Source: Octopus vulgaris
Lineage: Eukaryota
DNA length: 64,000 bases
Assembly (NCBI GenBank): GCA_951406725.2
Contig: OX597815.1
Coordinates: forward strand, 88,288,001 to 88,352,000
Direction: 5' to 3'
The notes below the pieces were generated by a model. The model ran no database searches and was not told where the DNA came from. It was given only the letters and a program-made list of their open reading frames with translations. The position numbers and the translations under genes were made by a program. Positions 51,196 through 64,000 of the stretch are shown here, one piece after another (the first letter of the stretch is position 1; each line of letters begins with the position of its first letter).

Positions 51196-52544
51196 GTAAG
51201 TAATTGTTACTGTTTATTACTGTCGATATAAATGTTTTCTTCATGATAGGAAGATAATGGTGTTAATTAGCTATAGGTCAGCTCTAATTGAATAGACCTA
51301 TGATCAAAAGTGTTCAAGCAATGATCATCCTGTCTTTTAGTCAGTGTTCATACAAGACAGCATAATCTAATGTGTTCTTATACTTTTGCAGTTGGATGTG
51401 ATTTGAGAGAATTCTAGCTGCTATTTTTAACCTGTCAAGTGACTGCATAGAAGTGCCTTTGTTTGCTTGAGAGTAAGGAAATGGGTGCAGATGGTAGTAC
51501 TGGAGCCAACACTTTTATGTATCTTGTTTGGCTTGATGCCTTATTTTGTCTCTGTTCAGGTCTTGTTGGAGTTAACTCAGACAAGCATTGAGTTGATGCA
51601 GGTGTATAAATTACATTGTTTTTTCTGTACAAAATCATCATTTTTGCTTTGTTTAAAAAAACTTATTGAGTAGTCTGGTTAACTGTTCTCATACACATTG
51701 TGTCATCTAAATGCTTTTGGGGCACTCAGTATCTCCAGATTGAGAAACTTTTGAAACTTGATCCTTAATTCTACTTTTGGTATTAAGTGGATGAGAGTTA
51801 AATCTTGTGCCGTACAGAATGCTAGTCACTGCAGTGATGCTCTGGTACATTTCCCAACAATTAGCTAAACTGAATCAATTAGAATAAAGAACTGTGCCTA
51901 GAAACCCAGTGAAGTATCTATACTACATTTGAACTTGTAACCTATAGACTAGAAATCCAATACCTTATTCCATTTAGCTCTTTCACCTCTACAACAAATA
52001 GTTGGCCTGTATCATTATGTAAAGTATTTGTTGGCTGTAGTGGGGGATGCAGTGTGGCATTGAGGACATGCTGCATAATTTGTTCTGATATGATCAGAAG
52101 CTGTAGTGGTTGATGCTATGGATGAAGGCAAAATGAACTTAGCCAGTATATATCAACCTCAGTTCTATAGGGTTTGTTTAAAAGGTTGCTGTTCTTGTAC
52201 AGAGTATAGGCTTAATAATGTAATTAGTGTTGTAACATTTTGGGGTGTATGTTTTCTTTTTGTCACAACCAGATACTGTTGTGTGACTGCAGTTGTAGGA
52301 TGGTTCAACCTGTAAATGCAGGTGTAATGTGTTTAGGAGTCAACTGCAATTATAAACCAAGCTGCTTGTATGAGTGCTCTTTCAGTTGGAATATTTTTTA
52401 TTGTATTGGGGAGGCAGTCAGTGATGTTGTATGTGTATGTAGGCAACTTTTTCTTAGATAAAGAAATTCATTTTGTATGTTTTGTTATTTATTGGGGGTT
52501 TAAAGGAGAAAAATTTGGAGTCCAATTTGATTGATGGTTTAACT

Positions 52545-52736
52545 CATTGGTTCTCAACTGGGGTCCATACAAAGTTTAGTCACTGAAGTTTATAAACAAT
52601 AAATTAATTATACTTCTACAATACACAATACTTGAACTTTTTGTTATAAAATTCTTAATGTTTTTAATAAGGAGGTCTAGTAGAGTAAAATAGGAATCAA
52701 AGGGGTCCATAGGCAAAAAATGGTTGAGAACCACTG
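52545..52736. mobile_element. hAT-type MITE, sister of 13858-14309
   Basis: cattggttctcaactggggtccata...gggtccata...gttgagaaccactg. Confidence 0.75.
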
Positions 52737-54631
52737 ACTACTGACTGATAAATTTTAGGTGTTGTATGAAGACTCATGTTACATATTTTACCCTGATGTT
52801 GATCTCAACGTGTCTATGTAATTTTATCTTGGCTATTTTGTTCACTCTTTGTTATGTAAAAGCTAATTAGTTCTAATAACAACACTTGTATGTTGTATAT
52901 GAAGCTTAGAATTTTTGTCTTTTTGTGATGCTATATTTGGGGTGTATATGTTATTAAGTACAAAATAGTGGAGTTGCTGAAATGGCAATGCAAGATTGAA
53001 ATGCTTTGCAATATTTATTCTTCTCTCTACAGTTTCCACTAAAAATTTAGTCAGTTCAGTTTTTCTTCCATCCCTCCAAAGTTGAAGAAGTACTTATGTA
53101 AGGTTAATAACATTTTTTCTGATAGTATCTAATACTTAAAAATTGTGGGGTATTAGAAAGTGGTATGAATAAAAAAAAAACAAAAAAACCCAGTTAGGCT
53201 CTGTTGTACATCTCTGGTTTCATAGATGGCCTGAGGTGGAATTTTAGAGATAGTAATAGACCTCTTTCTGTAGGTGGTTTTAGTTTGTAATGTCAGTTTA
53301 CAAGTACAACTTCCTAATGATTGGCACATTTATTTCTTTATTGTCCACAGGGGGCTAAGCATAGAGGGCACAAACAAGGGGATTAAGTCAATTACATCGA
53401 CTCCAGTGCATAACTGGTACTTATTTAATTACCCCAAAAGGATGAAAAGCAAAGTCAACCTCGATGGAATTTGAGCTCAGAACGTAATGGCAGACGAAAT
53501 ACCACTGAGCATTTCGCCTAGCATGCTAACGATTCTGCTAGCTCGCCATCCTCCTAATAGTTGGCACATATTCCCAACAACTTCGTTAATTGATGTTATG
53601 TAGAACAAACTGTTCAGAAATTATGAAATCCAGCAGCAGTAGCTGCTACTGCTGCATGATTTCACAATTTCTTGAGAAGCAGTTGCTGCAGGAGTAGAGG
53701 TCATGGTAAATGTTGAGAAGAATGTATGGATTGGGGATGTTGAGGATAATCTCTTCCAGAATTCTTTAGTACATTGATGAGTGAAGGTCTGTCTCAGTAG
53801 AGGGTTTTAGTTTGAGAATTAAGCTTTTTCCCAATTACTATTATCATAATGTATTTTTTTCAGTATTGGTGGGGAGAAATTGATGACCTTTTAGGGATGC
53901 GCATGTATCGTCTTTGTTGTGTTGTATGCATTTTTATCAATCATAATTGCTGTTAGTCATTAAGTTATTCCCCCTTAATTAGGCATGTAATTACAATAGA
54001 TAGTTATTTACAACTATATAATGGAAGGGATACCTTTCAAATGAAGAAAAAAAATTTGATTTAAGGTGAGCCTTTCAAATTTTAAATGTTTGCTTTTTGA
54101 TAAACTCTTTTCAATGCAGACCAGCATTTATCTCTTTGAATTTTAGTAAATGTATTTAATTTGACTGAAGGCTAAGAACCTCAACTCCAGTATTTTATTT
54201 GTCAAACTTTTTTCGGGAGAGCTCTTCATATTTTTTTTGCATGCTGTGTCATTATTTGACAAAATTCTGTATAGTCATTTAAATTCTACTTTATTAAACT
54301 CATCTACTCGGAGCATAGTAAATAACTCTAGGTTTGTATGTTGCAACACTTTATCTATTATCTAACCTGCTAGATTTCCCAGTTGTTACTATCTAATTTA
54401 ACTTCTGCTTGCAGTCAAGATGTAGTCTTTGAGGTAAGCATCAATTCTATCATGTTAGCTTAATGTTATTTATAAAATTATATAGAACATCAATTTCATC
54501 TTATATTTACATTGAGCAGATAAATTAGTAGTGGTCTGCAATTGAGGATTGAATTTACAAATATAAATGTTAATGTGTGTGCACATGCATGTGTTAAATA
54601 TAAATTTTTCAAATTTGTGTCTTAAATATAG

Positions 54632-54686
54632 AGACTTCCTGGACAAATAGAAGAACGAAATGAAAAGCTAAAAGCAGAAATGATGG
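54632..54686 (+). CDS. TTC1: TTC1 exon
   Basis: tag|...|gtatgt; RLPGQIEERNEKLKAEMM(G) (human RLPKQIEERNERLKEEMLG). Confidence 0.93.
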
Positions 54687-55826
54687 GTATGTAAAAATCT
54701 CTTTATGTATGTAAATGTAGAGTGTTACAGAAAGAGCAATAATTATATAATACTAAGTTTGATTGCTTTGTTGTTTGGTAAATATCAGTAATAGTTATTA
54801 ATTGACATCTGATTCCTCATCATAAAAATGTCCATATCTCAAAAGTTAAAAGCAAAAGTACCACTTTTAGTATACACTTCTTAACTTATAAAAATCAAAA
54901 GCAATAAGAAAGGAAGTATAATGAACAAGACAAAAAAAAATAAATAAAAATCCAACCAAGAACTCTAATGAACTTGCCAAAAATAAACTAATGAGCATAT
55001 TGTTGACTCTTCCAGAAAACATAACTTGTTTTCAGTTGTTCACAATGCTGCTATTTGTATATTGTGCTTCTCGTTTATCTTTGCTATGGCTATAGCAAAA
55101 CCTCACTCGTATTCATAGAAGTTTGTATTAGTTTAGTAAATTTGTACATTGAATTTCTACATTTAACACCTGACTTTATTGCAATGCTAATTTCTCAAAT
55201 TATTGGAAGGCAATCTTGATTGCTTTTCATACATAAATTGATAAACTTCTTTATAACATGTTTCTAAAATAAATTCCAAGAACTATGGATTCTCTGCTGA
55301 GGAATTTTACTGTTGTCTCGAAGTACTATCATTGAAAATTTTAGTAAAAAATAATTACTTTTAATGATTGGTGTCTCAGAATATGCTTTTTATGTCTTAG
55401 GATGAATGTCAATAAATATCATACTAGTTTTTCTGCTACCTAGATTCTCTCTCAGCAGTGGATGGAAATTTAAAAAAAAATTTCATAAAACATTCAAGTT
55501 ATTCTTGTCTTTCATATCTACTTTTCAAGACTTGATTTAAAATGGTTCCAATATGATTGTAATAGTTTTGTTACTAAGAATATATTTGCTTTTTCATGCT
55601 TGCATTCTCTTAGAATATCTTTGAAAATTAAGATATTTACTTAAGTACTAGTACTAACTCAACTATAACAGTAGTACCTTATAAGTTGAGAAGTCTAGGA
55701 CCTAGCTAATCTGCATTAATTCATAAATAGTGTCTTCTATATCCCTTCTACAAAAATGTTAAAATTGTATGCATGTATGTATATTATCCATGCTTTTTCC
55801 TTAATCAAATCCCTTTTCTCCTGTAG

Positions 55827-55957
55827 GTAAACTGAAAGATCTTGGAAACATGATCCTTAAACCATTTGGCCTCTCAACTGATAACTTTCAGATGCAAAAA
55901 GATCCTCAATCTGGTTCATATTCAGTAAATTTCAAGCAAAATGTAAATGCTACTTGA
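55827..55957 (+). CDS. TTC1: TTC1 last coding exon
   Basis: ctgtag|; [46 protein letters not shown], the diagnostic TTC1 C-terminus. Confidence 0.95.
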
Positions 55958-56862
55958 GTGTTTTGAACTCTTTCTAGATATAATCAAGAACTGTCTTAAA
56001 AACAAAGCAAGAAAACCCAAATACCTTTTTCTTTTCTGATTATTGTCCAAATATTTATCTATGAAGATGTTCTGCTTGTTTATATTTAATTATTGGTATG
56101 TCCAGAACTATTGGAAAGTATACATAAATGTATTATAATAAATTCATTAATTTTAAACATGGAAATTTTCTCTTATCTTTATTCTTGGTGATAACTGCAG
56201 TGAGGTTATCAATAATCTTCCTTTGTTTAAATTGTTGTAAGAATTATGCTTTGGAGATATTTCGAATGATGGTAGACCCTACTAGACTACAAACAACTTT
56301 AGTTTGACCTGTAATCTACTCAATCATAGAAAATGCAATAAATCTGGTCTTCATGTTGGTGTTTAGGCAACAGTGGTATAATTCCTATCAATTTAAGCAC
56401 AATATTCATACTGTACTTCCTGAACTATGTACAGCTTGGTGGACTGGGCCATCAAGAATTGGGTTTTTCAAACTCAGTTTTATCCCTGTGCTACATTAAT
56501 AAATTGTAGAAATCTAAAAGTTTAAGTGTTGAATTTTCTTTAAAAATTCCTAACCCCAAATTAGTAAATCATATCGTGTGACATTCTCTTCATAGTTTTA
56601 TGTGGCTAATATATTCAAGTTAATGGTGTATCTGAGTGTACCACCTCCACAGGTTAAGTTAATCACTATTAATTTTATTGCTCTATACATTTTGAATGAC
56701 AAAGACACTTATTGACACAAGACTCGTTTTAAACATTAGTCTCACATATACACACACATCTTGCTTGGGTAGTTTTCACTTAGTAAATAACGCTCACAAG
56801 ATGGTGGTTCACCTGAGGATCTTCAGTGTGATATCAAACTTGAGACAGATTGCAAAGCAAAC

Positions 56863-59152
56863 ATCAATATACAAACAAGGAGAAAATGATCAATAAATAG
56901 GTTTTTTTTAAGTTCTAGTATTTGCAAAAAAAAATATTATATTCTTCGTGAGTGTGTTATTCAAATTTCAATAACTTTACAACATCAGTTCGATGTTACA
57001 ATTGGTTGCATGCAAAAAAAGTTATTAGTTCAAGTAGACAAAATTAAACATTGGATGCCTTTAGCAGTGTATACTCTGCTGTAAGCATTTAGTTAATGAC
57101 CTATCTAGAAATATAAAAATTACATTGAAAGTCTTCATTCATTCCAGTACAAGAATATATTTCAATGTATTTAAATATTAATACAAAAATCAAATTATAC
57201 GCATAAAAAAATCCTTTCTATTGATTATATTCCAAACTTAATCTCAAGATACTTAATTTGAATATTGGGTAAAACGTTTATCTCCCTTGGATTGTTACGA
57301 CTCGATGTTGTTAACTACAAGGGAAGCAATTCTACAATCTTCTTGCTCCGATTATCATGATGGTCAATTTATTTAAGTATCCGCAGCATGCTTTAAAAAA
57401 GTTTTATCTAGAAACATTGTTGTGAACATTTATTTCTAAACTAAAAAAAGAGTATATCATAATGGGAAGTTGATTTTACTATGTAACACCCTACTGAATG
57501 TGATGAATCTTTCGTTGATACAGCAATAAAATATACTGAACATTCTAAAGTTAGTGACAGGGTTAGCATCCAGAGAAGGTTTGTATATACACATATATGT
57601 ATGTGCGGGGTGATTGGTGTTAGGCATCTAGCTGTAAAAAACCGTGCCCAAGCATGAAAATCTGCAGTCTTCTGTCTGGCCAGCTCCTGTCAAACCATCC
57701 AACCCATGCAGGCATGGAAGGCAGATGATATAATATACATATATTTATATCTATCTAGTAATAATCTTTTCTACTATACAGGGCTTGAAATTTTGTAGGA
57801 GGGGGCTTGTCGATTACATTGACCCCAGTGCTCAACTGGTACTTATTTCAGTGACTCCTGAAAAGCAAAGTTAACCTCATTGGCACTAGAAGAAATGCTG
57901 CTAAGCATTTTCTGGTGTGCTAACAATCTTGCCAGCTCGCCACCTTACTTCTATAATAATCCTTTCTACTCCAGGAACAAGGCCTAAAATTTTGGAGTAG
58001 AAGGTATGTTGATTACATTGACCCTAGTGCTCACCTGGTACTTAACTTCATCTGAAAGGTAAAGTAGACCTAGGTGCAATTTGAAATCAGTGCTAATGTT
58101 TCTGCCATCTTACAATATAATAATGGTTTCAAATTCTGGCACAAGGCCTGCAATTTTAAAGGGTTAGTCGATTGCATTGACCTTAGGGACAACTGGTATT
58201 TATTTTATTGACTCTGAAAGGATTAAAAGGTTTGGTTGACCTTGATAGGGTTTGTGCTCAGCATATCAAGAGCCAGAAATGCTGCTGAGCATGTCTGATG
58301 TACTGCCAAACTGCTATGTATGAGAAAGATAGACTTCAACTTGTCTTGTAGGGCAGTAACTCAATATGAACTGATTTGATCTAGGACTACTCATCATAGA
58401 AAATTGGTTGTAAAGTGATTTATAGGTGGTGTCAGTTAATTGTTAATCTCATAAATTAAGTATTTATCACAAAATCCAAACTGCATGCAGTTTACTTGTG
58501 AGTGACCATATAACATCTATTGGTTTCCAATTTTAGCTCATGCAGTTTTAGGGGAAGAAGCATGTTGATTACATTGACCCCAGGAATCAGCTAGTACTTA
58601 TTTTACCAAACTCAAAAGGATGAAAGGCAGAATCAACCTTAATGGAATTTGAACTCAGAATATAAATACAGACGAAATGCTGCTAAGCAATTTTTGCCTG
58701 GCGTGCTAACGATTCTGCTTGCTCACCATCATTACCTTGTAACATCTATTGCCAATAATTCTTGAGGCTTCAAATACTACTTTTTTATGGGAAGAAAGTG
58801 ACCAAATGATTAGTCTAGATATGAAGGATTGTTTTGGTATATTTTACTAAAAAATTGAAAGCCTTTGGATAAGAAACAAAATGCAGCTAGCTTGACTGTT
58901 TCATTGGTATTTGAGAAGAAACAAAGTTACCGAAATATTGGAGTTATTAACTAAATGCTTACAGTGGAGTATACATTGCTAAAGGCATCCAATGTTTAAT
59001 TTTGTCTACTTGAACTAATAACTTTTTTTGCATGCAACCAATTGTAACATCTAATTATTGAAATTTGAATAACACACAAAGACTATAATATTTTTGCAAA
59101 TACTAGAAAAAACCGTATTTATTGATATTTTTCTCCTTATTTGTATATTGAT
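56863..59152. repeat. Inverted repeat pair with arms 56863-57100 and 58943-59152
   Basis: For example gatgttacaattggttgcatgcaaaaaaagttattagttcaagtagacaaaattaaacattggatgcctttagca is exactly reverse-complemented at about 58977-59051. Confidence 0.92.
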
Positions 59153-59489
59153 AATTAGGGTTAAAATGTTTATTTTGGACACTGCCCAAAAGAACTATAC
59201 TTTAGTTAAATTGGAAATTTCACTTTTCTCTAAAAATGTGAATGGTGTTAGTGAAGTTAATTTGCTTTAATAAGGGAATGAGAATCAATTTGCAGACTTT
59301 GCAATTGGTAACATCCCTCTACTGGTTAGACCTTGTTTCACTTTACATAACAAATTTGAGAAAGTTATCTGGCAGAAGGGTATCTCTACAATTTATAACT
59401 GATTTTAATTTGACCCTAGAAGGATGAAAGAAATATGATATCATCAGAATTTGAACATAAAACTGAGAAAGGTAAGAAAAATATATTAC

Positions 59490-59667
59490 TGTGGCACGTA
59501 AAAAGCACTCACTACACTCACGGAGTGGTTGGTGTTAGGAAGGGCATCCAGCCATAGAAACACTGCCAGATTTGACTGGGCCTGATGAAGCCTTCTGGCT
59601 TCACAGACCCCAGTAGAACCGTCCAACCCATGCTAGCATGGAAAATGGACGCTAAACGATGATGATG
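59490..59667 (+). mobile_element. Young RTE 3'-tail copy
   Basis: Near-identical to 26015-26175. Confidence 0.85.
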
Positions 59668-61624
59668 TTAACAGTAAATGTGTGTAGTTTAGTGGTTGGG
59701 GTGTTGGACTCCTCATGAACTTATGGATTCAAGTCTCAGACAGGTGGAACATGTCTTTGAACTGAGCATTTCATTTTAGGTTGCCTTAGTTACAATCAGC
59801 TGAAAATTAGTATCAGTGGAAAATTATGACAAACTGGCATCCTGTTCAGGGAGGAATTTTGTACTCTTATGCATCTGGATAAGTAGCAGCCACGAAAGTT
59901 TATAGGCTTGACACAGACTACCATCAACAGCATGGCCATGACTTTATCGAGTAGTCTTTTTTTTTTTTAAAGTGGATATTGAGAAGGAGCTTAAAAAAAT
60001 ATATCAATGGAATCTGTCCACAATATAATTATTTTATTGGCCTCTAGAGTAAGGAAAAGCAAAGTCATTTCTAGCAGTTTCCTCAGAATGAAGTGGTCTG
60101 AAAATACTCAGGTTCAGTCCCATTGTGCAGCACCTTGGGTGAGTAAGTGTCTTCTACTATAACCCTGGGCCAACCAATGTCTTGTGAATGGATTTGGTAG
60201 ACAGAAACTGAAAGAAGCTTGTCATATATATATATGTACATCTGTGCATGTTTTCATGTTTGTCCCTCACAACTACTTGGTTTGTTTATGTGCCTGTAAC
60301 TTAGCAGTTTGTTAGAAAGAGACCAGTAGGGTAAAAACCAAACTTATAAAGGACTGAAGTTGATTTCTTATAGTAAACTCTTAAAAGGCTGTGCCTGAAA
60401 CAAGTAAAAGATAAAAGATTGTGTATTTTGGCAATAAAATATTTCCTCTCTCCACTATCTTGTCAGTTAAAGATTTAATGTATTGGAATTATTTCTTTAG
60501 AATATCTACTTCAGTGTTGCATTGAATGTATATCCCATAAAAAGGTGGGGTGCTAGTTATATAATAAAGTAAGGCAGTCAACTAGTATTCTTTGAGGAAA
60601 GAGGATTAGTGTTGAGTTAGAAGATATTGAATACATACTTTTGTCAAAAGCACTGAAGTGCAAAAGATTAAATATATACAGAGTTTCCTACCTTTATTCA
60701 GTAGTCATTGTCAAGTGGCAAATGCAATTTTTTCAATTTGACGATTCATTCTATAGATTTGTACAAGAATAAACAATAGGAATCTAATAAAATAAATGGC
60801 GCGGTAATCTACAAGGAAACTTAAATTCTGTTACATTATGCAGGTATGAAAATCATCTATTCTAGAACGTCTCCAGTGGTCAATGTTGACAACATGTCTG
60901 CACATGTATGTGTAAGTCTAGGTAAGGTTTTTTTTCTTTTGAGTGAAACCAGCAGTTGGTCTTGCATGAAAATCTCCCCCTTCCATGTCACTGATGTTTA
61001 TCTAAGAGAAAGACCACCAACTTGGTCAGACTTAGCTTAGTATATCACTGGCATTGCTGCCAAAATGCAAAGAGGTGGAAGAAATACTGCAAAGTATCTC
61101 ACCTGGCTAATAATTCTGCTAATCCACCACCTTAGTTTGGTATACTTTTTATTGACCCTGAAAGGATAGAAGGCAAAATTGACCATGGTCAGAACAAACA
61201 CCACAAAGCACTATTCAACATCTTAGTGATTGACAATTCACCATCTTCATCTACCCTAAATACAAACTACATAGTCACTCAACCTGCTAAAAATAGGAAC
61301 TAAATCTTCAGGTCTCATCCATACTGTTTTGAAAATGGAAGGACAGAGGACAGCGTAATCGTAGATATACAAAAGATGGAATGGTCATAGACGGCATTGC
61401 TTTGATCATATGTCTGCATGTGCACTGTATTCATTGGCTGGCTTTAAAGACAATATCCACTGTCATCTGTACTGTTTTTATTTTCTAAACATTCTGATTG
61501 ATAAATCTTAGTTGAGATATCTTTGCTTGTTTTTCGATTTTTAAATACTAGAGTGAGTTTTTTTTTTACCTAATTGTACAAATAATCTCAGTTAAGAGAC
61601 ATTCTTGAACTATATTATCATTAA

Positions 61625-61844
61625 ACCTTTAGCATTCAGATTACTGTCAGATGTAATGCTTTCTTTTGTTCAAATTGTTTTGAATTAATCAGGCATTATC
61701 ATATAGCTTTGATATTTCAATGATGTGATTGCTTATTTTTAGAATGTTTGTGCAGGGTAAGTGTGAGAGGCTTGATTTGGCCAGTTTGAATGTAAAATAT
61801 GTAGAATATTTGGGCTGGATATGGACAGTTTAAATGCTAAAGGG
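61625..61844. mobile_element. piggyBac-like MITE
   Basis: TTAA|acctttagcatt...aatgctaaaggg|TTAA. Confidence 0.7.
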
Positions 61845-62537
61845 TTAAACCATACTATATGGATGGATACAATCCTTAAATTAGAACTATTGGAAGTTGG
61901 TAAGATGTAAAGCTTGTGCAGGTCTCTAGTTCAATGTAAAGACATAGAAGAAAGGAAAAAGAAATTAAAAAAAATAAAAGCATATAACAAATATACAGGC
62001 AAATGACCAGAAAACAATATAGAATGACCAGAAAACAATATATTAGTGAAATGTCAAAATATTTTATTTATAAAAATAGATGTGAATTCATTCTATTTGC
62101 ATGATTTATGCACCGTTCTCTCTCAGTCATTATTTCTCTGTTCCTTTCTGTACTTGTCTAAAGGACATATTTGAGTATATCACGTACTCATAATTGTAAA
62201 TATAAGGGTTGTAGGCAGAAAGATAGTAACACATGGACAGAGTAACAGATGTGTGTGTGTGTATTGTATATATATATATAAAACTTGAGATATAGATAGA
62301 AAGAGAAATGAGAAGGTAGACAGAAAAATATGGAGATAAGCAAAAAAATATATAATGATGGACTGAGACAAACAAAAAGAAACAGAAAAATTTACAAAAA
62401 AGTTCATTAAAACATCATTCAAATAAGATAATAAAGGAAATGATATTGGTTCCTTACACAGGTATAAGGGGTAAATTTTCTGTACGGTGGGATATACTTT
62501 ATATACAACTGGTTCTTATTCTAACAACTCTGGGATG

Positions 62538-62898
62538 CTATTTACATTATTTACATTTGACGGATATTTGTCCTCATCTTGTTTGTTGCTAATACAATGT
62601 TTCGGCTGATATACCCTCCAGCCTTCATAGACATATGGCTTAGTGGTTAAGAGTGCAGGCTACTAACACCAAGATTCCGAGTTCGATTCCAGGTAGTGAC
62701 CTGAATAATAATAACAACAACAACATCAAAATATACCTTAGGAATGAGAACCCAGGTTCGAAATTTTCCCAAGACACCTGATGAAGGCTGGAGAGTATAT
62801 CAGCCAAAACGTTGTGTATACAACAAACAAGATGAGGACAAATATCCGTCAAATGTAAATAATGTACATAATTCCTCATCTCTTAAATATAGAACTGT
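62538..62898 (+). mobile_element. Non-autonomous tRNA-headed, hammerhead-containing element with inverted partial 5' duplication
   Basis: 12-bp TSD aactctgggatg (62526-62537 and 62899-62910); A box TGGCTTAGTGG at 62636, B box GTTCGATTCC at 62681; hammerhead at 62773-62817; 62538-62628 is an inverted copy of about 62781-62865. Confidence 0.85.
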
Positions 62899-62952
62899 AA
62901 CTCTGGGATGATCAAAAAGTAATTTTGAACTTGCAAGATAATGGTAAAGACT

Positions 62953-63300
62953 CATCATCATCATCATCATTGCTGTTGTTTAACGTCCTCTTTCCATGCT
63001 GGCATGGGTTGGACAGTTTGACTGAGGACCAGCAAGCCAGAAGGCTGTACTAGACTCTAATCTTATCTGGCAGTTTCTACAGCTGGATGCCCTTCCTAAT
63101 ACCAACCGCTCTAAGAGTGTAATGGGTGCTTTTTATGTACCACTGGCATGAGGGCCAGTCGAGTGGCACTGGCAACGACCCTGCTCGAATGGTGCATTTT
63201 ATGTGTCACCAGCATGGGAGCTAGTCAGGCGGCACTGGCAACAACCATGCTCGAATGCTTTTTATGTGCCATTGGCATGGGAGCCAGTCAGGCGGCACTG
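62953..63300 (-). mobile_element. RTE 3'-tail copy
   Basis: (TCA)n tail, ggatgcccttcctaa core and three 60-bp units. Confidence 0.82.
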
Positions 63301-63747
63301 TATTAAATCTGACATTACTGTTCCAGTTATTTCTAACATTGCCTATATTGGTTGTTTGTGAAGTTAAGATGACTATAAAGTTAACAGTGTTGATTTCTTA
63401 CATTTGTACAAAACTATAAATTTATGAGGGAAGTGGGTTGGTCCTATAACATGACAAATAGCTATTTTATCTACTCAGACACAAAGTTGACTATTTGAAC
63501 TTGAAGCACAAACATCATCATGATTGTATGCTCAATTTTCAACGCTGGCATTGACTGGGCAATATGTCATGGTCCAAGTCGGATATTTGGAGTCATTGCT
63601 TTCCTAGACTGGTCAAGAGGCCACATCTTGCTCATATGTGCCTGTACTTATTTTTAAGTGTGGTACTTATTTCCTCAATATCTATTTCGTGAAGTAATAA
63701 TTTACAGTACATGAAACACACACATGTACACAGTATATATATAAGTA

Positions 63748-63785
<38 letters not shown>

Positions 63786-63789
63786 AAAA

Positions 63790-64000
63790 GGCGGCGAGCT
63801 GGCAGAAACGTTAGCACGCCGGGCGACCTGCGTAGCTGTATTTCGTCTGTCGTTACGTTCCGAGTTCAAATTCCGCCGAGGTCGACTTTGCCTTTCATCC
63901 TTTCAGGGTCGATAAATTAAGTACCAGTTACGCACTGGGGTCGATGTAATCGACTTAATCCCTTTGTCTGTCCTTGTTTGTCCCCTCTGTGTTTAGCCCC
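63790..64000 (+). mobile_element. Young tRNA-derived SINE, running off the window end
   Basis: ggcggcgagctggcagaaacgttagc...gagttcaaattcc...gcctttcatcctttcagggtcgataaattaagtaccag, CpG-rich. Older copies at about 4640, 19430, 20270, 32520, 53340 and 57770-58730. Confidence 0.85.

Noticed and set aside
57380-57578. Possible coding exon ending at aag|gtttgt
   Set aside because: In-frame stops and no recognisable homology; cannot be supported as CDS.
62630-62702. Possible tRNA gene
   Set aside because: A and B boxes are present, but acceptor and anticodon stems pair poorly and it is embedded in a TSD-flanked repeat. Treated as a SINE head.

Overview
AT-rich eukaryotic genomic DNA full of microsatellites and retroelements. 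The repeat repertoire looks like a coleoid cephalopod (Octopus-like); this is an inference. Three host genes can be rebuilt by hand with consistent splice phases. (1) Alpha-L-iduronidase (IDUA, + strand): 14 coding exons at 1212-31964, first exon upstream of the window. (2) A Rab escort protein (CHM/REP, - strand, 35936-38053) with an intronless CDS and a probable 5'UTR intron. (3) TTC1 (+ strand): 5 coding exons at 44864-55957, apparently head-to-head with CHM through a short bidirectional promoter near 38.2-38.35 kb. Introns hold a decayed full-length mariner, several RTE LINE copies with a PHD-like finger inside the RT, a Penelope-like RT remnant, a Gypsy solo LTR and integrase fragment, hAT/piggyBac/pogo MITEs and tRNA-derived SINEs. 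The most unusual signals are minimal type I hammerhead ribozymes with three different covarying 3:8 core pairs (C-G, G-C, U-A), a TSD-flanked tRNA-promoter plus hammerhead element that shares its tail with the Penelope-like element, and several long intronic inverted repeats that could be dsRNA/ADAR substrates.
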